Assembly: GCA_015709635.1 (NCBI GenBank)
Contig: CP054180.1
Coordinates: 2,177,431 to 2,241,430, forward strand
Length of the DNA: 64,000 nucleotides
Origin: Gammaproteobacteria bacterium
GTDB lineage: Bacteria > Pseudomonadota > Gammaproteobacteria > Burkholderiales > Nitrosomonadaceae
Reading direction: 5' to 3'
Positions 10,715 through 20,618 of this stretch are shown here, one piece after another (the first letter of the stretch is position 1; every line of letters starts with the position of its first letter). The notes beneath the pieces were generated by a model that saw only the letters and a list, made by a program, of their open reading frames with translations, was not told where the DNA came from and searched no databases. The position numbers and the translations under genes were made by a program.

Positions 10715-11059
10715 TTTGATACCCCTCTCTTTTAGTAATTCTCAAGTAAAAATCTGACACAACCGATTCAACTCTTTCAAATATTACTTGGGGATAACAA
10801 GTGAAAAAATCCGTGTAAGCACCTAAGCGTAAACCCTTATTTGTTTAGGGAGTTGAATATTCAAAATGGAGGAAAAGACACTACAAAGTGCAAAACCGGA
10901 TCAATAGCGCAATTTGTGGTTTAACGAATAATATCTGGAGGCAAATCCGGGAATACAGACTTTACCTTATTCGCCACAAGAAAACGCAATAATCACTTGA
11001 AACCACAGACAAATTGCGGAATAACAGAGAGGTGTGTATCCAATAAAGCGTGACAATTG

Positions 11060-11093
11060 GATAAAATAATCCCGGCTGATAACAGCCGGGATT
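11060..11093 (-). terminator. rho-independent terminator of the sbtA-sbtB-like operon
   Basis: Perfect 11-bp stem AATCCCGGCTG / CAGCCGGGATT with a 4-nt loop, followed on the minus strand by ATTTTATC. Confidence 0.7.
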
Positions 11094-11148
11094 CAATGTA
11101 GTACCTAGGAGTAAGTAGTTTTACTTGTGAAGTTCTGTATCATTCAGC

Positions 11149-11478
11149 TCAGTAAGAAGCGGCTGGCCCGATTGTCCATTGGCAATCGGAAATCAGGCAC
11201 ATACCCCCGAATTCTTTTAATCTGGGATGAAGTGCCGCAATAACCTTCTCTGCCTGCTTTTCTTCGCAGGCAAGTACTATCACGGCATTATTTTCCGCTA
11301 ATGCATAATCCTCCGGATTGCGTTCACCGGTTGATCCCAATCCTCCCACTTTCTTTATCACGGTGAAACCGCGTACATTGGCTTGTTCAAGCAGTTCGCG
11401 CAGCTCACCTAACGATTCTTCATTGATGACGATCTCGATTCGCTTCATCGATATCAAGATTTCCGATGGTATTACCAT
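11149..11478 (-). CDS. P-II-like signalling protein (SbtB-like)
   Basis: 109 aa; P-II fold pattern KRIEIVINEESLGELRELLEQANVRGFTVIKKVGGLGS. GGAG RBS. Starts 44 bp downstream of the SbtA-like gene. Confidence 0.7.
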   Translation of the reverse strand: MVIPSEILISMKRIEIVINEESLGELRELLEQANVRGFTVIKKVGGLGSTGERNPEDYALAENNAVIVLACEEKQAEKVIAALHPRLKEFGGMCLISDCQWTIGPAASY

Positions 11479-11522
11479 GATTTTTCTCCAAAAATATTTA
11501 TACCATTATTAGCGATGAACAC

Positions 11523-12518
11523 TTACACCAGCGGGTAATAAGTTTCGTGCAAGTACTGGGCAGCCGCATAGTACATAGGAATACCGACCACAACGTTGAA
11601 CGGGAACGTACATCCGAGCGACAAAGTCAGGTAGAAGGATGGATTGGCTTCCGGGATGGCAAGGCGCATCGCCGGCGGAACGGCGATATAGGAACAACTG
11701 GCTGCCAATACCGTCACCAATGTGATACCACCCACCGAGTAGCCCAGCAAGAAGTGACCCACGAACAAACCGCATGCCGCGCCAATCAATGGCATCGCTA
11801 TACCGAAACCGACCAGAAAAACACCGACGGATTTAAATTCCGACAGTCTCTTGCCGGCTTCCATCCCCATATCGCACAGGAATACGCACAGGGCGCCCAT
11901 GAAGATGAGTTCAAAGAAAGGCTCAATTTTCTTGTAACTGGGATCTGAAACCACCCAGCCAATCGCCATCGAACCGAACAACAGAAGAATACTGCCGTTG
12001 GTAAATGCTTCTATTATCAAGTGCTTATACATTCCTTTATCGGCTTTAGTAGCGCCTCCCATGATTTTCCGGGAATAGCCGGCCAGTACCAAACCGATCA
12101 TGATTGCCGGCGACTCCATAATCGCCAGCATGATCACCGGATAGGCTTCGTACGTCACGCCGATACCGCCGAGAAACGCAACTGCGGTCATATAAGTTCC
12201 GGCACTAACCGAACCATAGTGCGCGGAAATGGCTGCAGCGTTGAGTGGATCGATTTTGCCAAGCGCCCGCAAAATAATATAAGCTACGATCGGCAAGCCG
12301 ATACCGAATGCGAGCGCCGCCCACACCGCCGGAATGGCGGAGGCCATATCGGATCCGGCAAGCGCTTTACCGCCATGAAGCCCGATACCGATCAGCAGGT
12401 AAATAACAATCATCTTATGCATGTCGGGAGGGAATTTCAGATCCGACTTGATAAGACAAGCAAACATACCTAGCGCAAAGAATAGTATTGCTGGTACGAG
12501 CAGACTGGACAGAGACAT
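11523..12518 (-). CDS. sodium-dependent bicarbonate transporter family permease (SbtA/DUF897-like)
   Basis: 331-aa polytopic membrane protein. N-terminal FFALGMFACLIKSDLKFPPDMHKMIVIYLLIGIGLHGG resembles SbtA. Paired with a P-II-like gene. Confidence 0.7.
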   Translation of the reverse strand: MSLSSLLVPAILFFALGMFACLIKSDLKFPPDMHKMIVIYLLIGIGLHGGKALAGSDMASAIPAVWAALAFGIGLPIVAYIILRALGKIDPLNAAAISAHYGSVSAGTYMTAVAFLGGIGVTYEAYPVIMLAIMESPAIMIGLVLAGYSRKIMGGATKADKGMYKHLIIEAFTNGSILLLFGSMAIGWVVSDPSYKKIEPFFELIFMGALCVFLCDMGMEAGKRLSEFKSVGVFLVGFGIAMPLIGAACGLFVGHFLLGYSVGGITLVTVLAASCSYIAVPPAMRLAIPEANPSFYLTLSLGCTFPFNVVVGIPMYYAAAQYLHETYYPLV

Positions 12519-12950
12519 GATTACACTCCTCTTATGCTAAAGTGGTTAAACGTAAGACTCTATGTGGATATCTTGGAGCATCGTTTTTAACCGCGACCGG
12601 ATGCATCTTGACAATCGCCCGAACCGCACCCGCAGCGAATATTTTGTCCGGAAAAATTGACCGGGCAGATCGAGTGAATCGGTGAGCTGTTATTTTTCTA
12701 TTCATTCTAATTTCTCCAAACTGTTGAAAGGTTTTATGGCGCGCAGGGAAAACACGTGATGACTGAGTTTGCGCCCTAACCCTGCCATCGAAATCCTACA
12801 GAAGAACAATAGGCGGGAATATTCGTGCTAACACGTAAGGGTAAATACGTAGGTATAAACTCTTATATACAAACAATTTATAGAAAATAATTATTTTTTA
12901 TCGTAAGCTTTAGGGTGTCTCGTTTCTGAATTCAACAGCAGGAAAATAAC

Positions 12951-14450
12951 GTGATTGCTACAACAGTTAAAGGCTTGAGTTTCTCGACGGTATTCGATGC
13001 GGCGGCGGATGCGATGCTGCTGGCTGAACATTCGGGTCACATCGTATCGGCAAACCCGATAGCGCAACAATTGCTGGGTTATACCGAGAATGAACTGAAA
13101 GGCCTGGCGATTGAAATACTGATCGCACCCCGTTACCGCAAGCAGTACCGCTACTATCAAAAACTATTCTTAAGCAAACCGGCCAAGCGTCCCTTCAGTG
13201 CCGGCAACGAGCTCGTCGCATTAAACCGCGAAGGCAAGGAATTGTTATTGGATATCAGCCTCACCCCTATGGAAGCAAGGCAAAAGCTGTATATCCTGAT
13301 CATATTCAATATCGCCAACCGGCGCCTGGATACCGAGGAAGCGTTGCGCGCCAGCGAAGAACGGTTACGTTTGGCAAAACAAGCGGCAGGCTTGGGTATT
13401 TTCGATTACGATTTCAAGCACAATATCGTTTATTGGGATAAGCAGATGCGTAAGTTCTGGGGAAAATATTCTGAAAAAACGGTCAGTTATGAAGAATTTG
13501 TGGCTGCCATCCATCCGGATGACCGGGAAGCGCGGCAGGCAGCCATCGATAAGGCGATGGATCCCGCCAGTAATGGTGAATTCAAGTTGCAATACCGTGT
13601 CATCAATCCCGTCAACGGTGCCGAGCGCTGGATATCGGCGCGCGGACGGGTATATTTCGAAGGCGGGAATCCACACCGGCTGATCGGCGTCACCCGGGAC
13701 GTCACCGAGCAGAAAATTGTCCAAAAAAAGCTGCAATTACAGCGCGATGAAACGGAAAGTATTCTTAAACAACAAGTGGCGGCGCGCACCGCTTCCGCAA
13801 TTGCACACGAACTTAATCAGCCGCTGGCAGCAATTTCCGCGTACAGCGAGGTCGTACTGCATGCACTGAACACCAATAGCTTTAGTGCCGGCAATTTGCG
13901 AAGAGCGCTGCAAGGTTGTGTGGAACAAGCGCAGCGTGCCGGACGCAGTTTGCACGAGTTGTTGGCTTTTCTGCAGAAAGGCGAGCTGGTGACCGAACAT
14001 TCCAATCTTGCCGAAGTCATCCACGAAGCGCTGAACATTGTCTACGACGACGGTTACGGGCGATTTCATCCGGTGCTGCATTTGCAACACGATCTTCCCG
14101 CCGTGCAATGTAATCGCACGCAAGTGCAGAAAGTGCTGGTGAATCTTTTCAGGAATGCGGTGGAAGCGATGCGCACCGTCGATTCGCCGACTTTGTCGAT
14201 CACCGCGCAAGTACAAACTGTCAACGAAAAGAATGTTGCCATTGTGATAGTACAGGATAATGGGCCAGGGCTTGACCAGATCGCCGTCAAGCGCATATTT
14301 GAGCCTTTTTTTACCACCAAACCATCAGGCATCGGTATGGGACTTGTGATCAGCCGCGCCTTGATTGAGGCCAATGGCGGGCAACTGTGGGTGGATTACG
14401 ATGCAAAACCGGGCGCTAAATTTCTTTTTACTTTACCGTTTATAACATGA
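12951..14450 (+). CDS. cytoplasmic tandem-PAS sensor histidine kinase (FixL-like)
   Basis: GTG start, two PAS modules, H-box AHELNQPLAAISAYSE, ATPase boxes NLFRNAVEA, DNGPGL, GIGMGL. Confidence 0.85.
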   Translation: MIATTVKGLSFSTVFDAAADAMLLAEHSGHIVSANPIAQQLLGYTENELKGLAIEILIAPRYRKQYRYYQKLFLSKPAKRPFSAGNELVALNREGKELLLDISLTPMEARQKLYILIIFNIANRRLDTEEALRASEERLRLAKQAAGLGIFDYDFKHNIVYWDKQMRKFWGKYSEKTVSYEEFVAAIHPDDREARQAAIDKAMDPASNGEFKLQYRVINPVNGAERWISARGRVYFEGGNPHRLIGVTRDVTEQKIVQKKLQLQRDETESILKQQVAARTASAIAHELNQPLAAISAYSEVVLHALNTNSFSAGNLRRALQGCVEQAQRAGRSLHELLAFLQKGELVTEHSNLAEVIHEALNIVYDDGYGRFHPVLHLQHDLPAVQCNRTQVQKVLVNLFRNAVEAMRTVDSPTLSITAQVQTVNEKNVAIVIVQDNGPGLDQIAVKRIFEPFFTTKPSGIGMGLVISRALIEANGGQLWVDYDAKPGAKFLFTLPFIT

Positions 14451-15064
14451 TCATGTATGAACCGACTGTTTTTATCGTGGATGACGACGCTGCCGTGCGC
14501 GATTCGCTGACATTGATGATCGAGCAAACCGGCATACGCGTGCAGTCATTCGAGAATGCAAAAGCCTTTCTGAACGCCTATCAGCCGAATTTCTTCGGTT
14601 GCGTCATCATCGACGTGCAAATGCCAGGAATGGATGGCTTGCAACTTCAGGATGAGTTGTCTTGGCGCAAGATTTTGCTGCCGATCATTTTCCTGACCGG
14701 ACACGGCGATATTCCCATGAGTGTCAAAGCCATCAAAGGCGGTGCAATCGATTTTCTGACCAAGCCGGTAATCCGGGAAAAACTGCTGATTTGCGTGCGT
14801 GCCGCATTTGCCGAAGCCAAAAAGAGAATCAGCGATTTCACGCAGAATCAGGAAATTGCCAGCTGCCTGACAAAACTCACCCGGCGTGAGCGCGAGGTCA
14901 TGCTGCTGGCCGTACAAGGGCGCTCGAATAAAGAAATCGGATCCTGTCTGGGCATCAGCTTCCGCACAGTGGAAATCCACAAATCCAAAATCATGCAAAA
15001 AACCGGCGCCAACAACCTGCTCGACCTCGCCCGTATCGCCCGGGAAAGCGAATTAGGCGAATAA
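14447..15064 (+). CDS. LuxR/FixJ-family response regulator
   Basis: Receiver (VFIVDDD, IIDVQMPGMDG, FLTKP) plus LuxR HTH (LTRREREVMLLAVQGRSNKEIGSCLGISFRTVEIHKSKIMQK). Overlaps the kinase stop. Confidence 0.9.
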   Translation: MIMYEPTVFIVDDDAAVRDSLTLMIEQTGIRVQSFENAKAFLNAYQPNFFGCVIIDVQMPGMDGLQLQDELSWRKILLPIIFLTGHGDIPMSVKAIKGGAIDFLTKPVIREKLLICVRAAFAEAKKRISDFTQNQEIASCLTKLTRREREVMLLAVQGRSNKEIGSCLGISFRTVEIHKSKIMQKTGANNLLDLARIARESELGE

Positions 15065-15284
15065 TCTGTGCCACCGCAGCTTGGTTCTGCTCAGATTCAA
15101 GGCGATACACGCATTTAGTTATTCTCAAATTTGAATCTTCGATTTGGTTGTCACTACTTACAGCGTTTTTCCTCGATTTACTGCAGCCTGATTGTGGATT
15201 TTCCACCAGTTCCCAGGATCTTCTCAATACGCCTGAAATGAATTTTTTACCAGGCATTCATAATCAAGAATAGTGGGGAAGGCA

Positions 15285-15736
15285 AGGTTCATGACGCTGA
15301 TGGGCGTAAAATTGCGGGACCTCGACAGCGCCGTTCATAGGACGAAACAAGCCACATCGTGGTGACCGTAAATGGGTCAAAGGCTGGTCGCCTGAACAGA
15401 TTGCCAATCGGTTACTGATCGACTTCCGAGGACAAATCCATGCGCATCTCTCACGAAGCCATCTATCAGGCTCTCTACATTCAAGGTCGAGGTGCCCTCA
15501 AGCGCGAGTTGGTAAGTTGTCTGCGCACGGGACGAGCGTTGCGCGTACCGAGAGCCAGGGCACAGGCTAAATCATGGGCTCATGTCAGCGAGGATGTCAT
15601 GATCTCCAGCCGTCCTGCTGAGGTGGAAGATCGTGCCTTACCCGGGCATTGGGAAGGTGACCTGATCATCGGTCTGAATCGATCTGCAATTGGTACGTTG
15701 GTCGAGCGCTCAAGCCGATTTACCATGCTTATCCAT
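15285..15736 (+). pseudogene. IS30-family transposase remnant (frameshifted, truncated at both ends)
   Basis: GWSPEQIANRL in one frame and SHEAIYQALY..GHWEGDLIIG..TLVERSSRFTMLIH in another. Ends abruptly at the IS1182 fragment. Confidence 0.75.
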
Positions 15737-16290
15737 CAGGTATCACAGTGAGACTGATCGATACCAATGTCCAGAGAGGTATTTTCTCTACCCTTATGAG
15801 AAATTGGATAACGGGATGATCAAACGATACCGAATCACTGGCGGGCACTGTCGCCAGTGCCCCAGGCGAGCAGATTGCTTACCCGAGTCGGCCAAAAACA
15901 GGGCTCGGTTTGTCTATCGAAGTCCACATCAGCATGAAATTGACAAGGTTCGTGTACGGCAAGAAACCAGAGCTTTTATCAGCAAGATGATATTGCGCAA
16001 ATGGACGATCGAAGGATTATTCGCTGAAGCCAAGCAGTTTCACGGACTAAGACGTGCCCGTTACCGGGGATTACAGAAAGTATCGATTCAGGCTCTGATG
16101 ACCGCAATGGCCCAAAACATTAAGCGAATCGTCAAGCAATCGCCAAGTATTTATTGGCTTTTGAAAAAATATCTGTCTCTCCGAGAAGAAATATTGAAAG
16201 TACAAAATTATCTAAATTACTTTAGACGCATACCAAAATTTTTTCCACATGAAGCAGTCTCGGCATAAAACTGGCTTTTTCAACAGGCCG
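15737..16290 (+). mobile_element. IS1182-family element, 3' third only
   Basis: Near-identical (at least one substitution) to the terminal ~550 bp of the full copy at 34188..35730. Encodes the C-terminal ~175 aa and ends in the same terminus TTCAACAGGCCG. Confidence 0.85.
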
Positions 16291-16569
16291 TCTGAATTAC
16301 TACATTCTTGAAACTCTTAATGAAATATGGCACATGCTCAAGGAAGCAACCATGAACGATCCCATGAATCACTCGACCAACCTTCACCTCTCCACTTTAC
16401 TATAGCAAAATCTCAATAACCTCTACTTTTCAGTGGATCGGAATTCAAGGAGACTACAAGTTGTGCTTTGAAATTCTTCTCATTCTCTTTTTGATTCTCT
16501 TGTCAAAACCACAGCTGTTTATTAATCGTGATTCCCATATATATTTCAATATTGTAGATTATCGAATCA

Positions 16570-17652
16570 TCACTTCGATCCAGAAGACACGATTGGTTTT
16601 CTATCATAGCAAGACACTCCCATACCACATGGAAAATCATCCCATATCTCCAACCCAGTTATATGGTTCTCCACTGATGCTCGCCCTCCACTATATGGGT
16701 TACTAACAAAAATCCGAGTTATAGGAAGATTGTAATCTCCCATATTCGACCCATAGTGATTGACAATCACTTCGCCGTTGACCGCCGCCCAAAAGCGCCC
16801 ATTACTACCGCTTGACCGATGCCAGTAAACTTCAAATTTAGCCCATTTATCAATCGGCACAGGAACAATGCGATTAGTTTCTACCCAGTAATCGATCGGT
16901 GTAAACGGTCCATTGGCAACATTGTCTCCCTTTGTAGTCCAATAAAGTTTTTTGTCAGATCCTTTCATGACATAAACCGTGATACGGTAGTCACCACGCC
17001 ACGTATCTAAATAGCCACCCGTCTTGAATGCAAATTGAGTACGCCAATTCGCTGTCGGTACTGTAATGTCCAATTGCGATTCCAAATCTGCCTGATACTT
17101 GAACCAGTAGGTAATGTATAAGTCATTGACATCACCCATTTTCCACGGTCTGTTGATTAATAATGGTGCCTGCGCCCCCCCCGTTCCTGTTACTCCTTTT
17201 ATTTTAACTTGTTGGAAAAGCTCATTAACGATCTCCCCATTTGGCCCAGTTACTGACCTGATTTCATTGGTTATGTGATCACCAATCGTTGACGGTGTTA
17301 TGGAACCGGCAGTTATCAATTGAATACCGGAGAAATTTGAGCCTAATGCAGAGACTGGCCAGCTATACCCGGTTTCTTTGTCAGTACCGATAATAGCTTG
17401 CCATGCTCCAGTAGCACTGAAGTTATATAGTGGTCCAAGTGAAATACCGGAACCAAGATTTGATCGAAAAAGCAAATTGGCTGCATACGTTGCAGGAGCA
17501 ATAAAATTGATCAAGATAAATAACGATAACATAATGACTATAAGATTCATTTCAGGTTTAACGATACGATTCATACTGGATTTTTTGTCTGGGATAATAT
17601 GTTGTAAGTACTGGAAACTTAGGCAGTGGTAATGACTGATATTAATTTTCAT
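16570..17652 (-). CDS. secreted jelly-roll (concanavalin-like) protein, possible polysaccharide lyase; paralog A, no FN3
   Basis: Signal peptide ends in ATYA. Colinear with paralogs B and C (LLFRSNLGSG, NDLYITYWFKYQADLE, GDYRITVYV, FEVYWHRSSGSNGRFWAAVNGEVIV, FPCG). True start probably internal (M27 or M35). Confidence 0.6.
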   Translation of the reverse strand: MKINISHYHCLSFQYLQHIIPDKKSSMNRIVKPEMNLIVIMLSLFILINFIAPATYAANLLFRSNLGSGISLGPLYNFSATGAWQAIIGTDKETGYSWPVSALGSNFSGIQLITAGSITPSTIGDHITNEIRSVTGPNGEIVNELFQQVKIKGVTGTGGAQAPLLINRPWKMGDVNDLYITYWFKYQADLESQLDITVPTANWRTQFAFKTGGYLDTWRGDYRITVYVMKGSDKKLYWTTKGDNVANGPFTPIDYWVETNRIVPVPIDKWAKFEVYWHRSSGSNGRFWAAVNGEVIVNHYGSNMGDYNLPITRIFVSNPYSGGRASVENHITGLEIWDDFPCGMGVSCYDRKPIVSSGSK

Positions 17653-17828
17653 GTCAAAACATCCTGCTATGCAAAAAATTATGATCGATATACAAACGCA
17701 TCATCCCCTATTTAGGATTTTATATTATTGATTTTCATTATTTATTTGCAGACTCTAATCAACTGACACACGCAAGAATTGATCACAAAAACTTAGGTAG
17801 ATGCTTTGGTTTCATTCCCGCCAGAAGC

Positions 17829-18039
17829 ATTTCCTGACGGGAATGACATTTCTCTAGAGCTTATTGACGAACAATCTTCCTCAATAAGTCACTAGCGCTG
17901 CGGTACTTACCGTGGATAAATTATCTTCAGCATCAAAGGCCTTAACTGTGTAACTATAAAGAGTTCCCTTGGCGGTACCTGTAATGACATCATTAAACTT
18001 ATTTGTCGTAGTTACACCGATTTTTGTCCCATTCCGATA
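17829..18039. repeat. 211-bp block identical to 39287..39497 in inverted orientation
   Basis: Compared base by base. Covers the last ~160 bp of paralog B, its stop codon and about 50 bp of 3' flank, including half of a conserved hairpin. A second perfect block, 18444..18558, equals 38768..38882 (115 bp). Confidence 0.85.
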
Positions 18040-19251
18040 GATATTGTATCCTGCAACCGCCACATTATCCGAGGATGCACCCCACGTTAATGCAACACCG
18101 GCAGCAGTCGAATATTTTGATATTTTCGCAGCGACTGAGGAAGGCGCAGCTGGAGCTGCGGTATCGAAATTATAACAAGACATTCCCTCACCGCATGGAA
18201 AATCATTCCATATTTGCAATCCCGTTATATGATTGTCCACTGTAACATGGCCCCCGCTGTATGGATTGCTAACAAATATCCGGGTTATAGGTAAATTATA
18301 ATTTCCCATGTTCGGTCCATGGTGATCAACAATCACTTCGCCGTTGACCGCCGCCCAGAAGCGTCCATCACTGCCACTGGACCGATGCCAATAAACTTCA
18401 AATTTGGACCATTTATCAATAGGTATTGGAACAACGCGGTTGGTCTCAATCCAATAATCAACCGGTGTAAATGGGCCATTGGCAACATTATCACCCTTCG
18501 TGAGCCAATAAAGCTTACCATCACCTCCCTTCACGACATAAACCGTGATGCGGTAATCTCCACGCCATGTGTCACCGTAACCTCCAGTCTTGAATTCAAA
18601 CTGGGTACGCCAATTTGCCGATGGCACCGAAATATCCAATTGCGTTTCCAAGTCTGCCTGATACTTGAACCAGTAAGTAATGTACAAGTCATTGATGTCA
18701 CCAATTCTCCATGGTCTGTTGATTACTAATGGTGCTTGTGATCCTCCCGTTCCTATATCTCCCTTTATTTTCACCTGTTGTGAGAGCTCATTGATCAAGC
18801 TTCCTTTGGGTCCAATAACTGGTGCAATTTGATTGGCTATATAGTTTCCAATCGTCGAAGAAGTAATAGGATCGACAGTAATCAACTGGACTCCGGAGAA
18901 ATCCGAACCCAATGCGGAAACCGGCCAAGTATAACCGGTTTCCTTGTCAGTACCGTTAATGCTTTGCAATGCCCCATAAGTGCTGAAGTTATATAGCGGG
19001 CCAAGTGAAACTCCGGAGCCAAGATTCGATCTAAAAAGCAGAGTGGTAGCGGAGGAGCTTGAAGCGACTGTCAAATCAGCTGCAGTACCTACTAAAGAAT
19101 AAAATGACAATCCAGCAAATAACGCCGTAATAATACCTTGCTTCACGATATATTTAATGGTGGATTGTCTTACTAATAAGACGCACATAATAAGTTTTAA
19201 TAAAATAGCAGCTATAGACTGTAATTCTCGGCGACAAAAATTCAAACTCAT
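17881..19251 (-). CDS. secreted jelly-roll protein with C-terminal fibronectin type III domain; paralog B
   Basis: 456 aa. Same core as paralog A plus an FN3-like tail (LTWGASSDNVAVAGYNIYRNGTKIG..YSYTVKAFDAEDN). Confidence 0.65.
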   Translation of the reverse strand: MSLNFCRRELQSIAAILLKLIMCVLLVRQSTIKYIVKQGIITALFAGLSFYSLVGTAADLTVASSSSATTLLFRSNLGSGVSLGPLYNFSTYGALQSINGTDKETGYTWPVSALGSDFSGVQLITVDPITSSTIGNYIANQIAPVIGPKGSLINELSQQVKIKGDIGTGGSQAPLVINRPWRIGDINDLYITYWFKYQADLETQLDISVPSANWRTQFEFKTGGYGDTWRGDYRITVYVVKGGDGKLYWLTKGDNVANGPFTPVDYWIETNRVVPIPIDKWSKFEVYWHRSSGSDGRFWAAVNGEVIVDHHGPNMGNYNLPITRIFVSNPYSGGHVTVDNHITGLQIWNDFPCGEGMSCYNFDTAAPAAPSSVAAKISKYSTAAGVALTWGASSDNVAVAGYNIYRNGTKIGVTTTNKFNDVITGTAKGTLYSYTVKAFDAEDNLSTVSTAALVTY

Positions 19252-19558
19252 AGTTTCTCCTTAGTTAAGATTTAGAACAATATCTAACTGATTAAATAAG
19301 ATAATATCTTACACTCGTAATATCATTCATTGATTTTTCCAATCGTTGAGAGTAGACAATCGAATTTCACAACGAGTGGAATGGAATACTCTTCTTTTGA
19401 TTACTTGCGAAAACTGTCATTTTGTAAAAATGAAGTCACGCAGTTTTTAGCTGGAGAGCTTGCAAAGATATATTTTGTTACAGCCTCAACTGCCGAGGCT
19501 ATCAACAGCAGTAAATCATTGTATAATATTAAATAGTAGCCTTTCTTATCAAGAAGCT

Positions 19559-20419
19559 TCAGACTGAGTCATCCTTGATGGGTTTCAGATGAACCCACAA
19601 GTGCCACCCAAGAGCCCGCTCAAGCGGCAACCAATGCACTGGAAGCGGCGGTGCATGCATAAACCGCTTATATGAGCGAATGATTTTAAAATTTGGAAAA
19701 TATTTCTCAACTTCCTGTAAATCATAAACTTTTGAATAAGGATTCAACGGACCGTCAGTGTTTCTGTGAATAAAATTATCCATGCTAAGGTAGTGAAATA
19801 ACCCCATGGTATTCGCATTGGCAAGATGTTGACCATAAATCGAGTGCGGATCCGGTCTCATGAAATAAATCGCCAATAATCCTAATCTTCTGACTATGCT
19901 GATAGAAATTAAATAGTTCAGTGACCACTTCGCATAGAGCATTATGACCAATTCTCCGCTTGGTTTTAAAACACGATTAATTTCTCGCTGAGCAGTCAGG
20001 ATGTCTGGTACATGATGCAAGACACCATGACTAAAAACGATATCGAAGCTGTTATCGTCGAAAGGAATCTGCAAAACGCTACCTTGCTTAATTGATTGAT
20101 GGGGTAATTGCCGCAAGGAAAGCCGCGTTTGTACTCTTGCCACAGATTCCGGAGTAAGGTCAAGTCCTGACCAATGGGCTCCACGTCTTATGATCTGCTC
20201 GGAATCAGCACCCTGCCCCAGGCCGATCTCAAGTACCTGTTTCCCATCAAAATTGATATTATCCAAGCATTTGAGGATATGAGCTTCTTTTGTGTACCGA
20301 AACTTATCGTAATCGGTAAAGAAAGCCTCATAGTTTCCCCGGCGCTGTTCAAGACCACCAACCTGCATATCGCCACAAGGATTGCGATTCCAGAAGTCTT
20401 GAATGTCTGATTCATTCAT
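19559..20419 (-). CDS. class I SAM-dependent methyltransferase
   Basis: Motif I VLEIGLGQGAD and FDIVFSHGVLHH. Start set at the ATG preceded by GGAG; the upstream TTG is ignored. Confidence 0.8.
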   Translation of the reverse strand: MNESDIQDFWNRNPCGDMQVGGLEQRRGNYEAFFTDYDKFRYTKEAHILKCLDNINFDGKQVLEIGLGQGADSEQIIRRGAHWSGLDLTPESVARVQTRLSLRQLPHQSIKQGSVLQIPFDDNSFDIVFSHGVLHHVPDILTAQREINRVLKPSGELVIMLYAKWSLNYLISISIVRRLGLLAIYFMRPDPHSIYGQHLANANTMGLFHYLSMDNFIHRNTDGPLNPYSKVYDLQEVEKYFPNFKIIRSYKRFMHAPPLPVHWLPLERALGWHLWVHLKPIKDDSV

Positions 20420-20618
20420 CTTTCTTCTCCATGTATTTTTCACCAAGCATCTGCAAAAATTTAATTACAATACAGGCACCTGATAAATATAATTACCGAA
20501 TATCTATCTTGGTTATTTTTAATCTAGAATTGACACTGGTCTTTTCTATTTTTACTAAGTCTTTTAATTATGAGGATTTTTAAGCATGCGTGCGTCAACA
20601 ATGGATATCACTTAACTG

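Noticed and set aside
12519-12950. Long leader of the SbtA-like gene examined for a riboswitch or attenuator
   Set aside because: I saw no conserved riboswitch core or convincing terminator/antiterminator pair. It is left as an unexplained long 5' region, mentioned under the SbtA finding.
16287-16296. Exact match to the 10-nt Neisseria DNA uptake sequence GCCGTCTGAA, also present at 34182..34191 in reverse complement
   Set aside because: It spans the IS1182 terminus and flank, and occurs twice only because of the repeated element. There are no other copies in 64 kb and the gene content is not Neisseriaceae. I treat it as coincidence.
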